Assembly (NCBI GenBank): GCA_964016885.1
Contig: OZ024743.1
Coordinates: 117,800,001-117,864,000, forward strand
Direction of reading: 5' to 3'
Length of the DNA stretch: 64,000 nt
DNA from: Eledone cirrhosa
Lineage: Eukaryota
The position numbers and the translations under genes are program-made. The first letter of the stretch is position 1, and each line of letters opens with the position of its first letter. The notes beneath the pieces were generated by a model. The model was given only the letters and a program-made list of their open reading frames with translations, was not told where the DNA came from and did no database searches. Shown one piece after another: positions 13,426 to 28,361 of the stretch.

Positions 13426-14690
13426 TTAATGGTTTAATACTAGACTCTCTATTTTTCTCGTTTTGTGGGAGGCTAAGAATGTGGATGTAGCTTTATGGAG
13501 GCAACTAGAGAATAATTCACTTTTTTTGTTAATTAGGGTCTCATAGTTATTAATAATCAACAGGGTCTCCATTGTACAGAGCGAGCAGTTATTTAATATA
13601 CTAGAGTTGCTGTAAATTCCACAGTTACGAAGTTTGTCCAAAGAATGGAGTATTTTAAATGTTTCTCTTTTAATGACCATATTAGCTGTGATAAAGACAT
13701 GGATGATTTCCTCTTTGAGTTAGAGAATGAGCATTTATGGTTCGCAAATCTGACTTTAAAAGTGGAAGAAGTGGATCCTATGTAGTTGTAAGTATTGTGA
13801 TCAGTTTTTACGGTACATTTATAAACCAAATTACTATCTAAACAATTATTTTGCAAAGGCAATCAGTTTTATTTCTACAATTACATTTTGGTTTAGTATC
13901 ATTTATGCTAACTCTATTATTAAGATCAATATGTTGGTTTTTGTTTTAGGATTTTATTGTTTAATTTGGCAATGTTTTGGGCCATGTTAGAGGTTGTAGA
14001 ATAGGAGAATTTAACGGTATGTCTGTTAAAAATGGAATGGTATTTATGTTGAGTAGGGAAAGATGTGTCAAGAGCGTTAAAGAATAATTTTGCAATTGGT
14101 GTTTTAACTGCGACCGAAGCGGGGGGGGGGGGGGGGGGGGCAAACCATATGACTGATTTAGTTCTAGTTCGTATCCTCGATTTATGTGGCATATGGGTGT
14201 TTGAGTTATAATTATTATTAGTGTTTCGCTTATATATGTTATTATTTTTCTTAATTATAATATTTGGATTATTATTATCTACATATTCTATATTATTCGT
14301 ATATCCTGCTCTTTTTAACGCGTTGTTGTAGTATTCAGCATTTTCATCGAATATATTTTTATTGGCTGATATTTTATTAATTCGCTTTTGCACACTATTA
14401 ACTATAGCTTTTTTACAGATTTCGGGTGATTTGAATGGTTACTAACATAGTTTAAGTTTTCATTGGGCTTATGAAAAGGGTAATAGAAGCCAGTGTTTAA
14501 GTTAAAAGTAACATGTAGGAAATTAACTATTTTGGTACCATTTTCAACTTCTAATTTAAGGTCATACATTTTAAAGAATTCTATTATACTTTTCTTTACT
14601 CTATTTAGTTCTATATTGTTGTGTTTGACCACCCTAAATAAAATGTCGTCCCTATGTAAACCACCGTTGTTAAATTTTACTTGGGTTAAT
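13426..14690 (-). pseudogene. Penelope-like RT C-terminal half + GIY-YIG, frameshifted
   Basis: GGLHRDDIL, NFLHVTFNLNTG..SNHP, VIWFAPP, LVYKCTV..YIGSTSSTFKVRFANH, CSLCTME..SSCLH; paralogous to 6417-8250. Confidence 0.88.
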
Positions 14691-14751
14691 CGCTACGTTG
14701 ATTAAATCTTAACCATTTATTTAACATCTCAGGGTATGTCATGTATCATTT

Positions 14752-14806
14752 TATTTTGGCTGATGAGGACGTACAGTCGTACATCCGAAATATGTATAAT
14801 AAAATG
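14752..14806 (+). ncRNA. Type I hammerhead ribozyme in inverted pLTR
   Basis: tattttgg-CTGATGA-gga..tcc-GAAA-tatgta-TA-ataaaatg; one stem I mismatch; degenerate inverse copy at ~12000-12052. Confidence 0.6.
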
Positions 14807-14986
14807 TAATTGATCAAAAGAACATCTATTTTATTAATATTTGTATTTTAATATTAATAACTCTGGAAAATTATTTAACCGTAGAGTGCTTCCAATCTAC
14901 TGTAAACCTCAGTCTTTGACATACTCATTGAATCTTGTTTAACTATTTAAAAAATATATATATATGTATGTATATATATTTACGTA

Positions 14987-15535
<549 letters not shown>

Positions 15536-15706
15536 AACAATATATCATTAAAGGTAATCCAATAAGAGGTAGTGAAAACTACTTATCATGGATAGTTTAA
15601 GCGCACGGCGTTGTGTGACTCAACAAGAGGTTTACGCGGATGACGAGTTAATGACTTCACTTGTATTCCTATGTAAGTATATCTTGGAGTGATAACATTG
15701 AAAAAG

Positions 15707-15874
15707 TTTGCGTGTGTGTATGTGTATGTCTGTGCGTGTATATTTGTGTGTTTAACACACCCAATGATTTAGACGTGTTTCGAAACCGCTGGTAATGCGG
15801 AGTTAATTCATACTGTTAACATAAAAATTCAACTTCCTCATAATGCGTTGATTGCTCCTTTCTATCTGCGCTTA

Positions 15875-15935
<61 letters not shown>

Positions 15936-16187
15936 ATTGAAAAAGTGAAGAAGTACAAACAAGGAAATTTATTTACAGTCTAACAATTGTTTCTATGATA
16001 GAGATGTCTAGAAATTGCTAAACACTGAGTCTCTGACGAAATAATGGAGTTTGCATAAATTTTAAATTGAGTGCCACTGCCTTCAGTGTTTAGCAATTTC
16101 TAGAAATCTCTATCATAGAAACAATTGTTAGACTGTAAATAAATTTCCTTGTTTGTACTGTTGACCATGTTATTCTTCACTTTTTCA

Positions 16188-16260
<73 letters not shown>

Positions 16261-16431
16261 TAAGCTCAGATAGAAAGGAACAATCAACGCATTATGAGGA
16301 AGTTGAATTTTTATATTAACAGTATAAATTAATTCCACATTACTACCGGTTTTGAAGCACGTCTAAATCATCGGGTGTGTTAAACAGACAAATATACACG
16401 CACAGACATACACATAGACACACACAAACTC
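15707..16431. repeat. Nested inverted repeats: outer ~170-bp arms and an inner pLTR hairpin
   Basis: 15707-15880 is the inverse of 16255-16431; 15951-16028 is the inverse of 16083-16160; (TA)n tracts separate the two levels. Confidence 0.8.
16028..16134 (+). ncRNA. Type I hammerhead-like motif with long stem II
   Basis: agtct-CTGACGA-...-GAAA-caattg-TT-agact; perfect stem I, palindromic stem III aacaattgtt, imperfect base of stem II. Confidence 0.55.
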
Positions 16432-16443
16432 ATATTAATATAT

Positions 16444-16630
16444 AATTGTTTCTACGTTAGGCACAAGGCCAGAAATTACCCAGTGCATTACTGGTACTTT
16501 ATTTTATCGATCCCGTAAGGATTAAAGGCAAAGTTAACCTTGGCGGGATTTGAACTCAGAATGGCAAGGGCCGTAACACTCTACATCAAAGCATGGCGTC
16601 CGACCCTCTACCAATACTGCAAATCCACCG
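16444..16630 (-). mobile_element. SINE family B copy
   Basis: Full-length match to the family B pattern. Confidence 0.8.
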
Positions 16631-16871
16631 TAATATATAATACTATTTGGAATGTCATGCTACCAGTAAAAAACGTACTCAACAGTTGAGTTTCCATTCG
16701 TTTTCCTTATTATTCAGATAACTAACATATTCTTCGTTTAGCTTGGTAAACGGATAATTAACGAATCGGGGAATAATTCCCAAACAGACACACACACATA
16801 TATATATATATATATAAATATATATGTGTGTGTGTATTTATATACACACACACACATACACACATACACAG

Positions 16872-16935
<64 letters not shown>

Positions 16936-17064
16936 GGGGAGAGAGAGAGGGGGAGAGAGAGAGGGGGGAGAGAGAGTTCATACATTCAACCATACATACA
17001 TATATACATACACACATGCATATGTATATTTATATGTGTGTGTATGTATATCATGTTGCTGTTG

Positions 17065-17066
<2 letters not shown>

Positions 17067-17140
<74 letters not shown>

Positions 17141-17201
17141 CAGCAGCAGCTCTATCAGTAGTAGTAGTAGTAGTAGTAGTAGTAGTCGTAGTAGTAGTAG
17201 T
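17067..17201. repeat. (AGT)n microsatellite
   Basis: Direct observation. Confidence 0.95.
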
Positions 17202-17489
17202 AGACGACAGATCCTAATTCCGCTGGTGTGGCACTTTATTACTGTTATATCAATGCGTTTTGATATCAAGTCATTAAAACAGCACACTTCTCGGTTTTTT
17301 CACTCGTGACATCATCCGTTCATAGATAACATTGATAAGGAAATCTCTAGCAAGGCGAAATATAAAAGTGTCTGAGTTTCAGATAAGATTTTTAGTCGTC
17401 TCCACACACAGCCATTTAAATTCAGGCACACACAAAAACTTCTAAATACGAGTATATATATATACTGCAGAAAATAATTTGCTTATACG

Positions 17490-17571
<82 letters not shown>

Positions 17572-17630
17572 TGTATATATATATATATGGATATATATGT
17601 ATATGCATAAGTACACACACACACACACCG

Positions 17631-17689
<59 letters not shown>

Positions 17690-17835
17690 GGGTTCAATCG
17701 GGGGTAACCACAGTTAGTAAGGTACAGACTATAAATATTTAATATAGAAATGGTTTCTAGAGAGTTTCCTGATGTTTTCTCCCGAATGAAACAGTCCTAG
17801 TCCTGTAGAAGGCATTTCTATGTTATATATGTATG

Positions 17836-17891
<56 letters not shown>

Positions 17892-18149
17892 GATGGAATC
17901 TTCCGTCGCATATCGATGTATGGAGGTTCAACATTCTTCTTTGTTCAATCTTTTATGGGGTTTTTTGCCTTAAATGGCCTTTTAGTCCAGTTGCTGATTT
18001 ACACAACAGACCACATTTAAGGCATATGACAGTATTATAAGTGGAGAAGGCAGGAATGTTCGACCGAATTTTCGAGTTAGATCATAGGTGACGAAGACCG
18101 ACCAAGCGGAAATTTTCAAATTTCTTTATATCTTCATGGCAGACAATTT

Positions 18150-19620
18150 CTCATTCTCCATGGTCAGCAGCTAGGACTTCAAAGGGAATGAGGTATGTTT
18201 TCAGATCTAAGATTGTATATTTTGTCCATATAACTGTGTAATGGTCTGCGTACATTACGTACACTATTATGAAGTTTACTGTATAACAGTACCTTGGATG
18301 TGCGGTCCTTAGTCATCCGTTGAACATGACCAGCCCATCTGTGTTGGGATTGCAACAGAAATGACTCAGATTTTATCAGAGAGCGAAAACAAAGTTTGTG
18401 GGATTACTTCAAGCTTAAAAATGTGGATGCGATAAAGTGTCCATGACTCCTAGCCGTATACGAGTATTGTCAATCCTACTGCACAATAATCTGCAACTTT
18501 CGTTTTTAGGGATATACCTCTGTCACCACACAGACGATACTATTGTTTGCCAAAGGCGTTAGTTGCTTAAGAGGTGCGATTGATGATCTCCTCCTCCACG
18601 GATGTATAATGGTTCACATTGCTGCCAAGGTAAATAAAGGAGTTCACATACTTGTCAACAAAAGTGATGGGCACATGGGGAAATTTGTGATCCGGCTGTT
18701 CTTGCCCAATACCTCCTACATTAACCAACACGAACCACCTCGTAGGTGGCTGGCGTTGGTTGATGTACCACTCCACTCTTCTTAATGTTAATTGTTAAAC
18801 CAAGTGCTTTACAGGCAAACGTGAAGTGGTTTATCAGTTCATGTGCTTCTGCAAGGCATGTTGCAACAAGTGCAGCAACATCATCAAACAGTAAATCCCG
18901 AACAACACTTGTTCGTGTAACCGTTTTAGTCTTGAAGTGCTAATGGTTGAATTACCCACTTGATATACGGAGAAGAACAAAGGCAAGAGGACAGGGGATG
19001 TGACGCAACTTTGCTTCATACCGTTTTTGGAACAAAAAGGACTTTATAAATTTGCTTATTGACATAATTGATGCTCTCATGCACTAATGAAATGACACGA
19101 TAACATTCAACATATTGTCAAGTATGCCAAGGTTTTTGAGGAGTTTCCATCGATCTTTACGATTAACAGTGTCAAATCGACAAAGTCCACAAATAGTTCT
19201 TGGTTCTTTTCCCAAACATTCACTGTAACCTGGTGAAGGTAGAAAATCACATCAATCTTACCTTGACATGCGCGGAAACCAGATTGATTTTCAGCGTAGA
19301 TATCATCAACAAATCTGGATGTAATTCCGTTGAGAATGATACAGGCACATACGTTGCAAGCAATAAAGAGAAGTGAGTTGACATTTCATTTCCAAAGCCT
19401 GTGTAGGTTATGTATATTGCTGATATGATTCTGGTCATCAGTGTTGTTTTCATGAAACCAGACTTTCTTCGAAAGTTGCATAGGTGGCATTTTTCGGCGC
19501 TTTCTAGGAAGCTTCGATGTAATCAGAAGTCTAGACAGAGTCAAGGGTTGAGTCATGTTTTTCAAAAGGTTCCAACCTCCCATCAGTGGATCAACCTTGG
19601 GGGAGATAGGTGGGTTTGAA
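18150..19620 (-). pseudogene. Decayed RTE (BovB-like) LINE RT region
   Basis: Fragments FVDFDTVNR..WKLL, MKQSCVTSPVLL..FFS, FIYLGS, ILVYG*ESWTLY, RWAGHVQRM..LLYSKL. Confidence 0.75.
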
Positions 19621-19707
19621 GAGGCTGTTTGGGGTGGAAGATTGCGTGCTCATATGTGTGTGTGAATGCATGATGATTACGCTCTCAGTATTTTTTAAAA
19701 GCTAATA

Positions 19708-19912
19708 TTGATTTCTAATTTAAGCAGCAGGTGAGATAAATTGGGGAAAGGAAAAGTTGATAAAATATGACTGGTACTTCATTTTATTGGTACTGGAAGG
19801 ATGAAAGGCAAATCGGGCTCGTCACGATTTGAACGCAAAACATAAAGAGATATGACTAATTACCGCAAAGCATTTTGTACAACATTCTAAATATTCTGAC
19901 AATCCACCGCCC
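19708..19912 (-). mobile_element. Diverged SINE family B copy
   Basis: actggtactt..ggatgaaaggcaaa..gatttgaacgc..aatccaccgcc. Confidence 0.6.
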
Positions 19913-22318
19913 CAAAATAAATACTAATAATCATATCAATGTGAAATATAACGAGACATAGACTCTATTCCTAACTATTTGACCAATACAAAAGGAAACC
20001 AAACAACCATAATTCTATAATTAATGTAAACAGTTTGAAAAATATATTTCTTGGAGTTGGAGTCATGGAAATGGCATTACGATTACAACTAGTTGCAGCT
20101 AAACCAGTATTGTTTCGTGAATCTTGTTCCGGAAGACATTCACATTCTTTTCCGGTTTAACTGCATGAGATCCATTATTTTCTTTCATTCGGTTCATTTC
20201 ATTCCACCACGTCGTCTGCAGATCAACGCCACGCCGTCACTGACAACAAACAATGACAATAACAACAACAGTAGCATGAGTAAAACATAACAACAACAAT
20301 TACTACAAGGCAACAGCTATGCAAAAGGAATGATATGTGTAAATAATCACATACACAGTGTAATGAAGGGGGAAATACGCTTATATAGTCTCAGTTATAA
20401 AGTACTTATACAGACGTCTATATACACACGTCTATATACACATGATTCATTTCACTTACACGTGACAGTGGTTAATTGCTAGATACTTGCTTAATTGATT
20501 GATACTTGTCTTCTTTTTCTACATCCATTGTTCTTGTTATTGCTAATTTTGTTTTTGTTCTTGTTGTTAAGGCTGGAATCGATCTCTGATCGAGGTAATA
20601 TATCTTCCATCAAAAGCGTTCCAGCGGTGAGCATTTTGCTATTTCTTATATCGGGATTTATTCTCTAAAATGTGTCCTTCAATATTTAAGACGGCATGGC
20701 GGCATCTAAGAGAGTTTTGACTGTTATGTTTAACATGTTATGCTATAATATGTAGAGGTTATATTACCGTCATTGTTTAGGGCAAAATATTCCAGCATTC
20801 ATTATCCTATTCTATATCTGGACGTAATACAACCCGGGACGCATTATCCAACGTGTCTTTCTTTTTTAGATACAATAATGAGATACTGGGGCATTTGGTT
20901 GGTCTTTCTAAAAGGTGTATTGCAGTCATGCATAACATTGGAAAATACCCGAAATTAAAAAATTATTATACTTCTGTACCACGGCAATGCTTCTTTTCTC
21001 CCCCCCCCCCCCGCGTTCTCTCTCTTTCTCACTCTGTCTCTCATTCTCTGAAGCTTTCTCTCTATTTTATCATGTCATTGAATCTTTTCTTCATATTTTC
21101 CTATAATCATTATCAATGTAGGAAATTTGGATCCTGTGATTGTCCCTATTAATTTAGGCAATTGTAAGTAGATATATGTCATCAAATCCCAGAAAATGTA
21201 AGTGTCTTCACTTTGACTCTTGTGTGCTTTTAGTGCAAAAGGCATTGTTGCAAACGTTTAGATTACATCTCTTGTGAAAGGATAAACTATGAGTTGACCC
21301 CTTTGTCTTTTATCACCACCAATAGCTGAAGCTTTACAGAATAACTCTCGGATATTGCACTTCTATATTTCATTAATCCATATAAACAAACAAACAAAAT
21401 TGTACAAATCACTAAGCGCCTATATAACGTTGGACAGTGTAGACTTTTATCTCAATCTCGGTGAGGAAGCGAAATAGATAGTGCTTAATTGAAAAACAAA
21501 ATGTAAGTCAAAGTACAATGAGACTTTGATTTGATGATATTTCCGGGAACAAAGCCGATCATTTATCATCGATGTCAAAATCTAATTTAGCCCATATTTC
21601 AACGAAAAAGCACATCCGGTCGAGGTTCCGAATTATGACGAATATACTTGATCTGTTTTATTATTTCTATTAATTACTTAATATTCACTTATTCCACATT
21701 AATAGAATGCGTGTGTCCGAATGTGTATTGTACAAGTGTTTATTAATAAATGTACCAGCCGCGCACACACAAACATACACTCATTTACTCTCACATATAC
21801 ACACACACTCACACACACTCTCATACACACACACACTCACACACATACACACAGACATTCACACACACAAACACACTCACCCGAACAGACATGAATAATG
21901 ATTATGGTTTTTCCATCTGTTTCGACGATGAGATGTCAGTTGTTTGGTCAATTAAACTATTTACATGACACATTAATCTGTAGGCGACTGAATATTCCGC
22001 AGAAAATTGTACCCTTATGTACCCTGATAATACAACGAGGCCGTAACTTTAAATTTCGAGTACGATCCATCTGATGGTAAAAAACAATTGACCAATATGT
22101 CTCGCGATAGGATCGGAGACAAAATGTCGTGAGTACAAAGCAAACATACCTCCGTACATACATACATACAGACACACACACATACAGGCACACCCTCATA
22201 GTAACAACAGAAGACAATCTCAGTAATATAGTTATAATACACATATATTATACTACAGTCCACTTCGGTATTAAGAATTATTCCACGCCTTTCGGGATCC
22301 AAATATATTTAAATATAA

Positions 22319-22390
<72 letters not shown>

Positions 22391-22587
22391 GTATATGCAT
22401 ATTTTGATAGTATATGTATATATATATAAATATAAATATATATATATACATATATATATATACATATATACAAATATATATAAATATATGTATATATATA
22501 CGTATACATATATTTATGTATAAATACATATATATACATATTTCATATATTTATGTATAAATATATATATATATACATATACATATA

Positions 22588-22670
<83 letters not shown>

Positions 22671-22718
22671 TGTATATATATATATATAAATGCGTGAATA
22701 TATATATATGGGTGTGTG

Positions 22719-22769
<51 letters not shown>

Positions 22770-23615
22770 ATGCATTCGCATTTACATAACACACTCGCAC
22801 ATGCAAACATATATATCTGGTAACACATGCGAAATTTTGTTTTATTTTTCGTAATAATTATGTACCTGTGTGAATTTCCTTCAGATTTTTTGTGCACTTG
22901 TGTGTGTTGGTGGAGGGCGGAGGGGAGTTTTTTTTTATTTTTTTGTACAAGCGACGGTTTGATGTGACTCGATATGAAGTAATTTTATACGAGATGAGAA
23001 TTTTCTCGCACACCAAAGGCGAAGAACTCACGTTACCAGCAATTTTGCTGAACTTGACTGCTATATTTATTTCCTTAGAATATATTTTTTCAACGGCAGT
23101 AGAAAACCGGTGCTCGTTGATGCGACCCGGCTTTATGTAGCGCATCGAAGAGCAACAATTCCTACCACCAACCCAAAGACATACATTCCGTCCAAATTCT
23201 GAATTCCCTTGCAAAATAAATAAATAAATAAATAAAGAAACTTCAAGGCACCATTTTAATTTGTTTATTTATGTGTATTTTTTGTTGTCAAGGATGATGC
23301 TAAACAGGATAAAAAAAAGAGAAGAAAGAAAGGTGGAATGAAACGGAAAGAAGAGACGGAAGAGATAACTGATGATTAGAGCAATAAAGACCATGTGTAC
23401 GATATATAGTAACCATACGTACCTATAAATAACAACAGAGACAACGAAAAACAGTCGTATACATGTATACGTATACATGTATACGTATACACACAAGTAC
23501 ACATAAACAAATGGTGGCACATGGAAACATACAGGAACATATAGTCACAAACATGTGGGCATACCTTCACATTTATACATATGTATGTACAGAGAGAGAG
23601 AGAGAGAGAGAAAGT

Positions 23616-23688
<73 letters not shown>

Positions 23689-23859
23689 AAGCGAAAGAAA
23701 AACAAAACGAAGATTCCTATACTCCAACAAATACTTGAACACATACTTGAGCAATGTATTCGATGTACATATACTTAATATAACTACAGTCGCAAAGGTA
23801 TAGAAAAGAGCCACCTAAAGACATAAATATCAATAAATTACATACTAGATTATATATAC

Positions 23860-23917
<58 letters not shown>

Positions 23918-24121
23918 ATAAAAAGTGGAAATGAGGAATGTAAAGACAATAATATAAGACTGAAGGCAAAATAACAGAAAGAAAACGACTAGGGATAGCA
24001 ATATTAACACTAAACAGGATGGTGAGAAGGTCATCCACATTAGCATGAGCTTCAAACTGAACTTCAGTATTATATGTATAAGACTCACAGATACTCACAT
24101 AAATATATATATCAGTTTGCG

Positions 24122-24241
<120 letters not shown>

Positions 24242-24301
24242 AGAGTGACGGAATCAGAAAATCAGTGAATTGTAGATTAATACACTGGCACCCCCGATAT
24301 A

Positions 24302-24952
24302 TCTATATATTAATTTCAACAATGTCAGTATTCCGTGTGTCATAATTCTCGATTATCATTGGTTTATAGGTTTCAAACAACTCCGCCCACCTCAACGACG
24401 CCAAACTTAAATTAATATGCATAATGCCAATGAGGGAGTGAGAGGGGAGAGTAAGAAACAGAGAGACAAATTGAAAAGTGTGTTGGATACACTATGTATA
24501 TGTGTCAATGTAGAGACATGTGTGTGATGTGTGTGGAAATAAGAGAAGGAAAGCAATAACTATTAACATGTGTGCGTGTGTATGTACGTGCGCGTATGTT
24601 TGTGTGTTTTTGCGTGCGGGCAGCGTTCCACAGAAAGTAAAAACTATCAACATGTGTGAGTGTGTGTAAGCGCACGGGTGCGTGTGTACGTTTGCGTGCG
24701 TGTGCGCGTTTCCATGCGTGTATGTGTGTGTACGTGCGGCGTTCCACAATGGCTACGCAGTTTATCTGCCTGTGTGCCTATCAGTCTAACATACACAGAG
24801 TTGTGAAGGGAGTAAATAGGGATCTTTTTTTTACATTGACGGACATCTTTTATATTTATTATTGTGTCATTTTTTGACAATTGCTCGAAATGAATACTGA
24901 TAATAAAAGCAATTCATCTGTTTATTCAGGCGAAGCTGGGTACGTCAGCTAG
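24302..24952 (+). mobile_element. Non-autonomous Helitron-like element
   Basis: A|TCTATATATT start; 3' caggcgaagctgggtacgtcagCTAG|T (degenerate hairpin plus CTAG). Confidence 0.45.
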
Positions 24953-24965
24953 TATGAATATATGT

Positions 24966-25031
<66 letters not shown>

Positions 25032-25034
<3 letters not shown>

Positions 25035-25553
25035 TTTGTTGGTTCCCCACTGGATAGAATTGGTCATTCCGTATGATCAACCTCGATGTAATATTATGGA
25101 GAGTACTCAACGTAATGCAACTCACCCGTCTTCATTTGTGTAGTTGGTGGTGCGAGTACGGAGTTAAATATTATAAAATACCAGGAGGCTGGACTAGTGT
25201 AAATCCTTGAAAGGTTTATTATACTATGATCATTTGAATGACCGGGTTCAGTATGAATCCGGTGACATCATCAGGTATTCAAAATATAACAAAGGAATAT
25301 AACAGGAATATAACAGGAATATAACAAAGGAATATAACACTTGAGGGCGGCCGACCGACCGAGGTAGAAGCTGCTAAATAGTTGGTCGTCCTCCTGTCTC
25401 TGATTTTCAGCCCCATGGATTTTATCTGTTATATTCCTTTGTTATATTTTGAATACCTGATGATGTCACCTGATCATACTGAACCTGGTTATTGAAATGA
25501 TCATAGTATAATAAATCTTTCAAAGATTTACACCAGTCCAGCCTCCTGTCATT

Positions 25554-25562
<9 letters not shown>
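25032..25562. mobile_element. Short inverted-arm pLTR element with hammerhead
   Basis: ~25168-25310 is the inverse of ~25426-25562; (TA)n flanks; internal aatataac(aa)agg tandem repeats. Confidence 0.7.
25453..25509 (+). ncRNA. Type I hammerhead ribozyme
   Basis: atac-CTGATGA-tgtcacc..ggttatt-GAAA-tgatca-TA-gtat; palindromic stem III atgatcat. Confidence 0.65.
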
Positions 25563-25591
<29 letters not shown>

Positions 25592-25644
25592 TATACATGT
25601 ATATATATATAAGTATGTATGTGTGTATGCATGTATATATATAT

Positions 25645-25767
<123 letters not shown>

Positions 25768-27767
25768 GATATAGATAGATTGGTAGATATATGTATATAT
25801 ATGATTAATCAAAACTAATACATAATCACACGTCTTTAGCGTCAACGATCTAGTTTAACTGCAACTAGTTGCATTGCTAATACAGTATCTCGCAATTGAG
25901 ACGACCAATGAAAACTTTCAAAGAATTTGACTCAAAATTTACGAAAATGAAAACCTTGATACGAAACTCTACTTAAACACCATCAAAGATAAACACTACC
26001 GTGGCTCCACCGAAGAAACAATTTATTGGCACCCCAAACACCTTTGCAATGAGTTCCACTCATCTGATCATGATAGCAAAGCACTTCATAGATATTAGTA
26101 AACATATATCTTACCTGTCATTGATAAAGAAAGCCGCACACTACAATGGACACCAAGTATGTAGTAATTTTTATGAATAAAGCAATCCATAAAAGCAACA
26201 CTAGAAAATTGGTTTAAACTTCTTTATAGTTTAAATGTATATCCAAACGTAGCGTAACTTCAATCTGTATGAAAACAGTAGGCATTTTACAGATATCATA
26301 GGATTGCTAATATTAAAAAAGCAACCCCACATCTATGAACGACAGACAGATAAGCGAATCTAAATACATGTGCATTGACTCGACTGGGTGAGATTTGAAT
26401 TGAAAATACCTGCCGTTAAAAATTAGTTTAGATATAGAATTGGCAGAGCGCATACTAACCATATAAACCAAGTAATCGAAATAAATCACATTTAATGGTA
26501 GATACACAGAGCACACGTATTCCTTGAAATTCGGAAATTAGTTCAACGTAAAAAACGTATTAAAATATACTGCATTTGGTTCCCAACAACAGAGAAGATG
26601 TAATGACAAGATTATTTTGAAGTATTATGGCAAACGCAAAAGTATATAACGTCTGTGTTAGGCGTCGTCATTTATGTATGACGGGACAAGACAAAATGTT
26701 CATTCCAATTGGCTATCACATTAGAGAGAAAGTTATTCAACACGTAGAACCAACTAAAAGATCTTACGTCCCACTAATCAATTATAGCCGTTTGTTTCTC
26801 TCCAGGAATAGTATTTTTATGTGCACCACGTGTCACAATGCGTATCAATGAATACACATGGAATGTTTTGCAATTAATACACGTAAATCTTTTTTTGTTA
26901 CCAACATTTGGCAACAAGTCACAGCTCAAGAAAGTTCCCTTTCTCAGTGGATAATTATCTCCACGTGTGGGTGTTTTATGTCATTGCCTCACACCCCTGT
27001 TTGTAAGCTAGCTATCACTTAATAAATAGCTTGAAAGACATACACAAACTTCAAATCCTGAGAAAGAAATCCTTTTCATGCACATCACATTACATAGACA
27101 ATCACATCACATATACTCATTGAGTAAAATGATAAATGTTTCAAACATACCTGAAAAAAATATACGTTTTGTATTATATGTACACAAAATTCGCAATCTC
27201 ACGCACATGCAACTTTTTTTTTTACACAAAGCTGGTATGTAACAGATGATCCTAAAACAAATCGATAAGCTTTTAATATAGGAAGACATGTTGCAGCTGG
27301 GAGACTGCCACGCCTTCTAAGAAATAACTTTTTCATTTTAAACAAGGAAATAAAATTAAATGTTTATTTCTTTTAAAAATGTTAGATATTCTACTCTTCC
27401 TTCATTAACATATTTAATTCATAATCCCCTTGTTACATATGCATATTATGTTCTTATTACTATTAATTTTATTTTCAAATTTTTCCTATCACATTCCTTA
27501 CAAATTTATCTTTGTGTCATTCCAGCATTTTTACAAATATTTTACTAACTCCATTCTATCTAAACCTTTCTAACTGTATATAATTACAGTTCTCGTAGCA
27601 TCTTTTTTCAGCTCATCACCTCTTACCATCCATCTTATAATCCATCTCTAATACTCTCAAATTCCAATCAATATAATGAATTTTTCTTTCGTCTTATTCA
27701 TCTATAAGGAAATCCATAATTTCAAATGGTTGCTCTCAATTCTAACTATAAATTCCATTATACAAAT

Positions 27768-27946
27768 AATGGTTTCTACTTTTTGCACAAGGCCAGCAAT
27801 TACCAGTGTATTACTGGTACTTTATTTTATCGACGCCGTAAGGATGAAAGGCAAAGTTAACCTCGGCGGGATTTGAACTCAGAATGGCAAGGGCCGTAAC
27901 TCTATGCGTCAAAGCATGGCGTCCGACCCTCTACCGATACTGCCAA
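27768..27946 (-). mobile_element. SINE family B copy
   Basis: Match to family B. Confidence 0.8.
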
Positions 27947-28027
27947 TATACAAATAATATCCGCAATTCATTTGACGAGCTCTGCATTTAAACTTAATGA
28001 AATATATATTTATACACGTCTTCAGTC

Positions 28028-28088
<61 letters not shown>

Positions 28089-28090
<2 letters not shown>

Positions 28091-28290
28091 CGAAGGAAAT
28101 GTGGTACGGAACAAGATGGACCATAACGAACCAAAGTACTCAATACTTAGGGTAGTAGAGTCGGTAATAGGAACGAGTAGGACACCGACGGGTGATCTTA
28201 AGCCGTTTCGACGGCTAATTCTGGACTAAAATTCCAGAATTAGCCGTCGAAACGGCTTGAGCTCAGCCGTCGGGGTCCTACTCGTTCCTA
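28089..28290. mobile_element. Minimal fold-back derivative of the 1117-2551 family
   Basis: Long arm 28089-28229 plus inverted short arm 28232-28290, set in (TA)n. Confidence 0.75.
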
Positions 28291-28296
28291 TATATA

Positions 28297-28361
<65 letters not shown>

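Larger units (their letters stand above)
11955..14950 (-). mobile_element. Second Penelope-like retroelement, 5'-truncated, with inverted pLTR
   Basis: 11955-12110 is the inverse of ~14695-14852; minus-strand RT/GIY-YIG remnants; (TA)n flanks. Confidence 0.85.

Noticed and set aside
21960-22135. Unique CpG-containing segment ending in GTGAGT, as a plus-strand exon
   Set aside because: Stops in all three frames across the segment and no recognisable product
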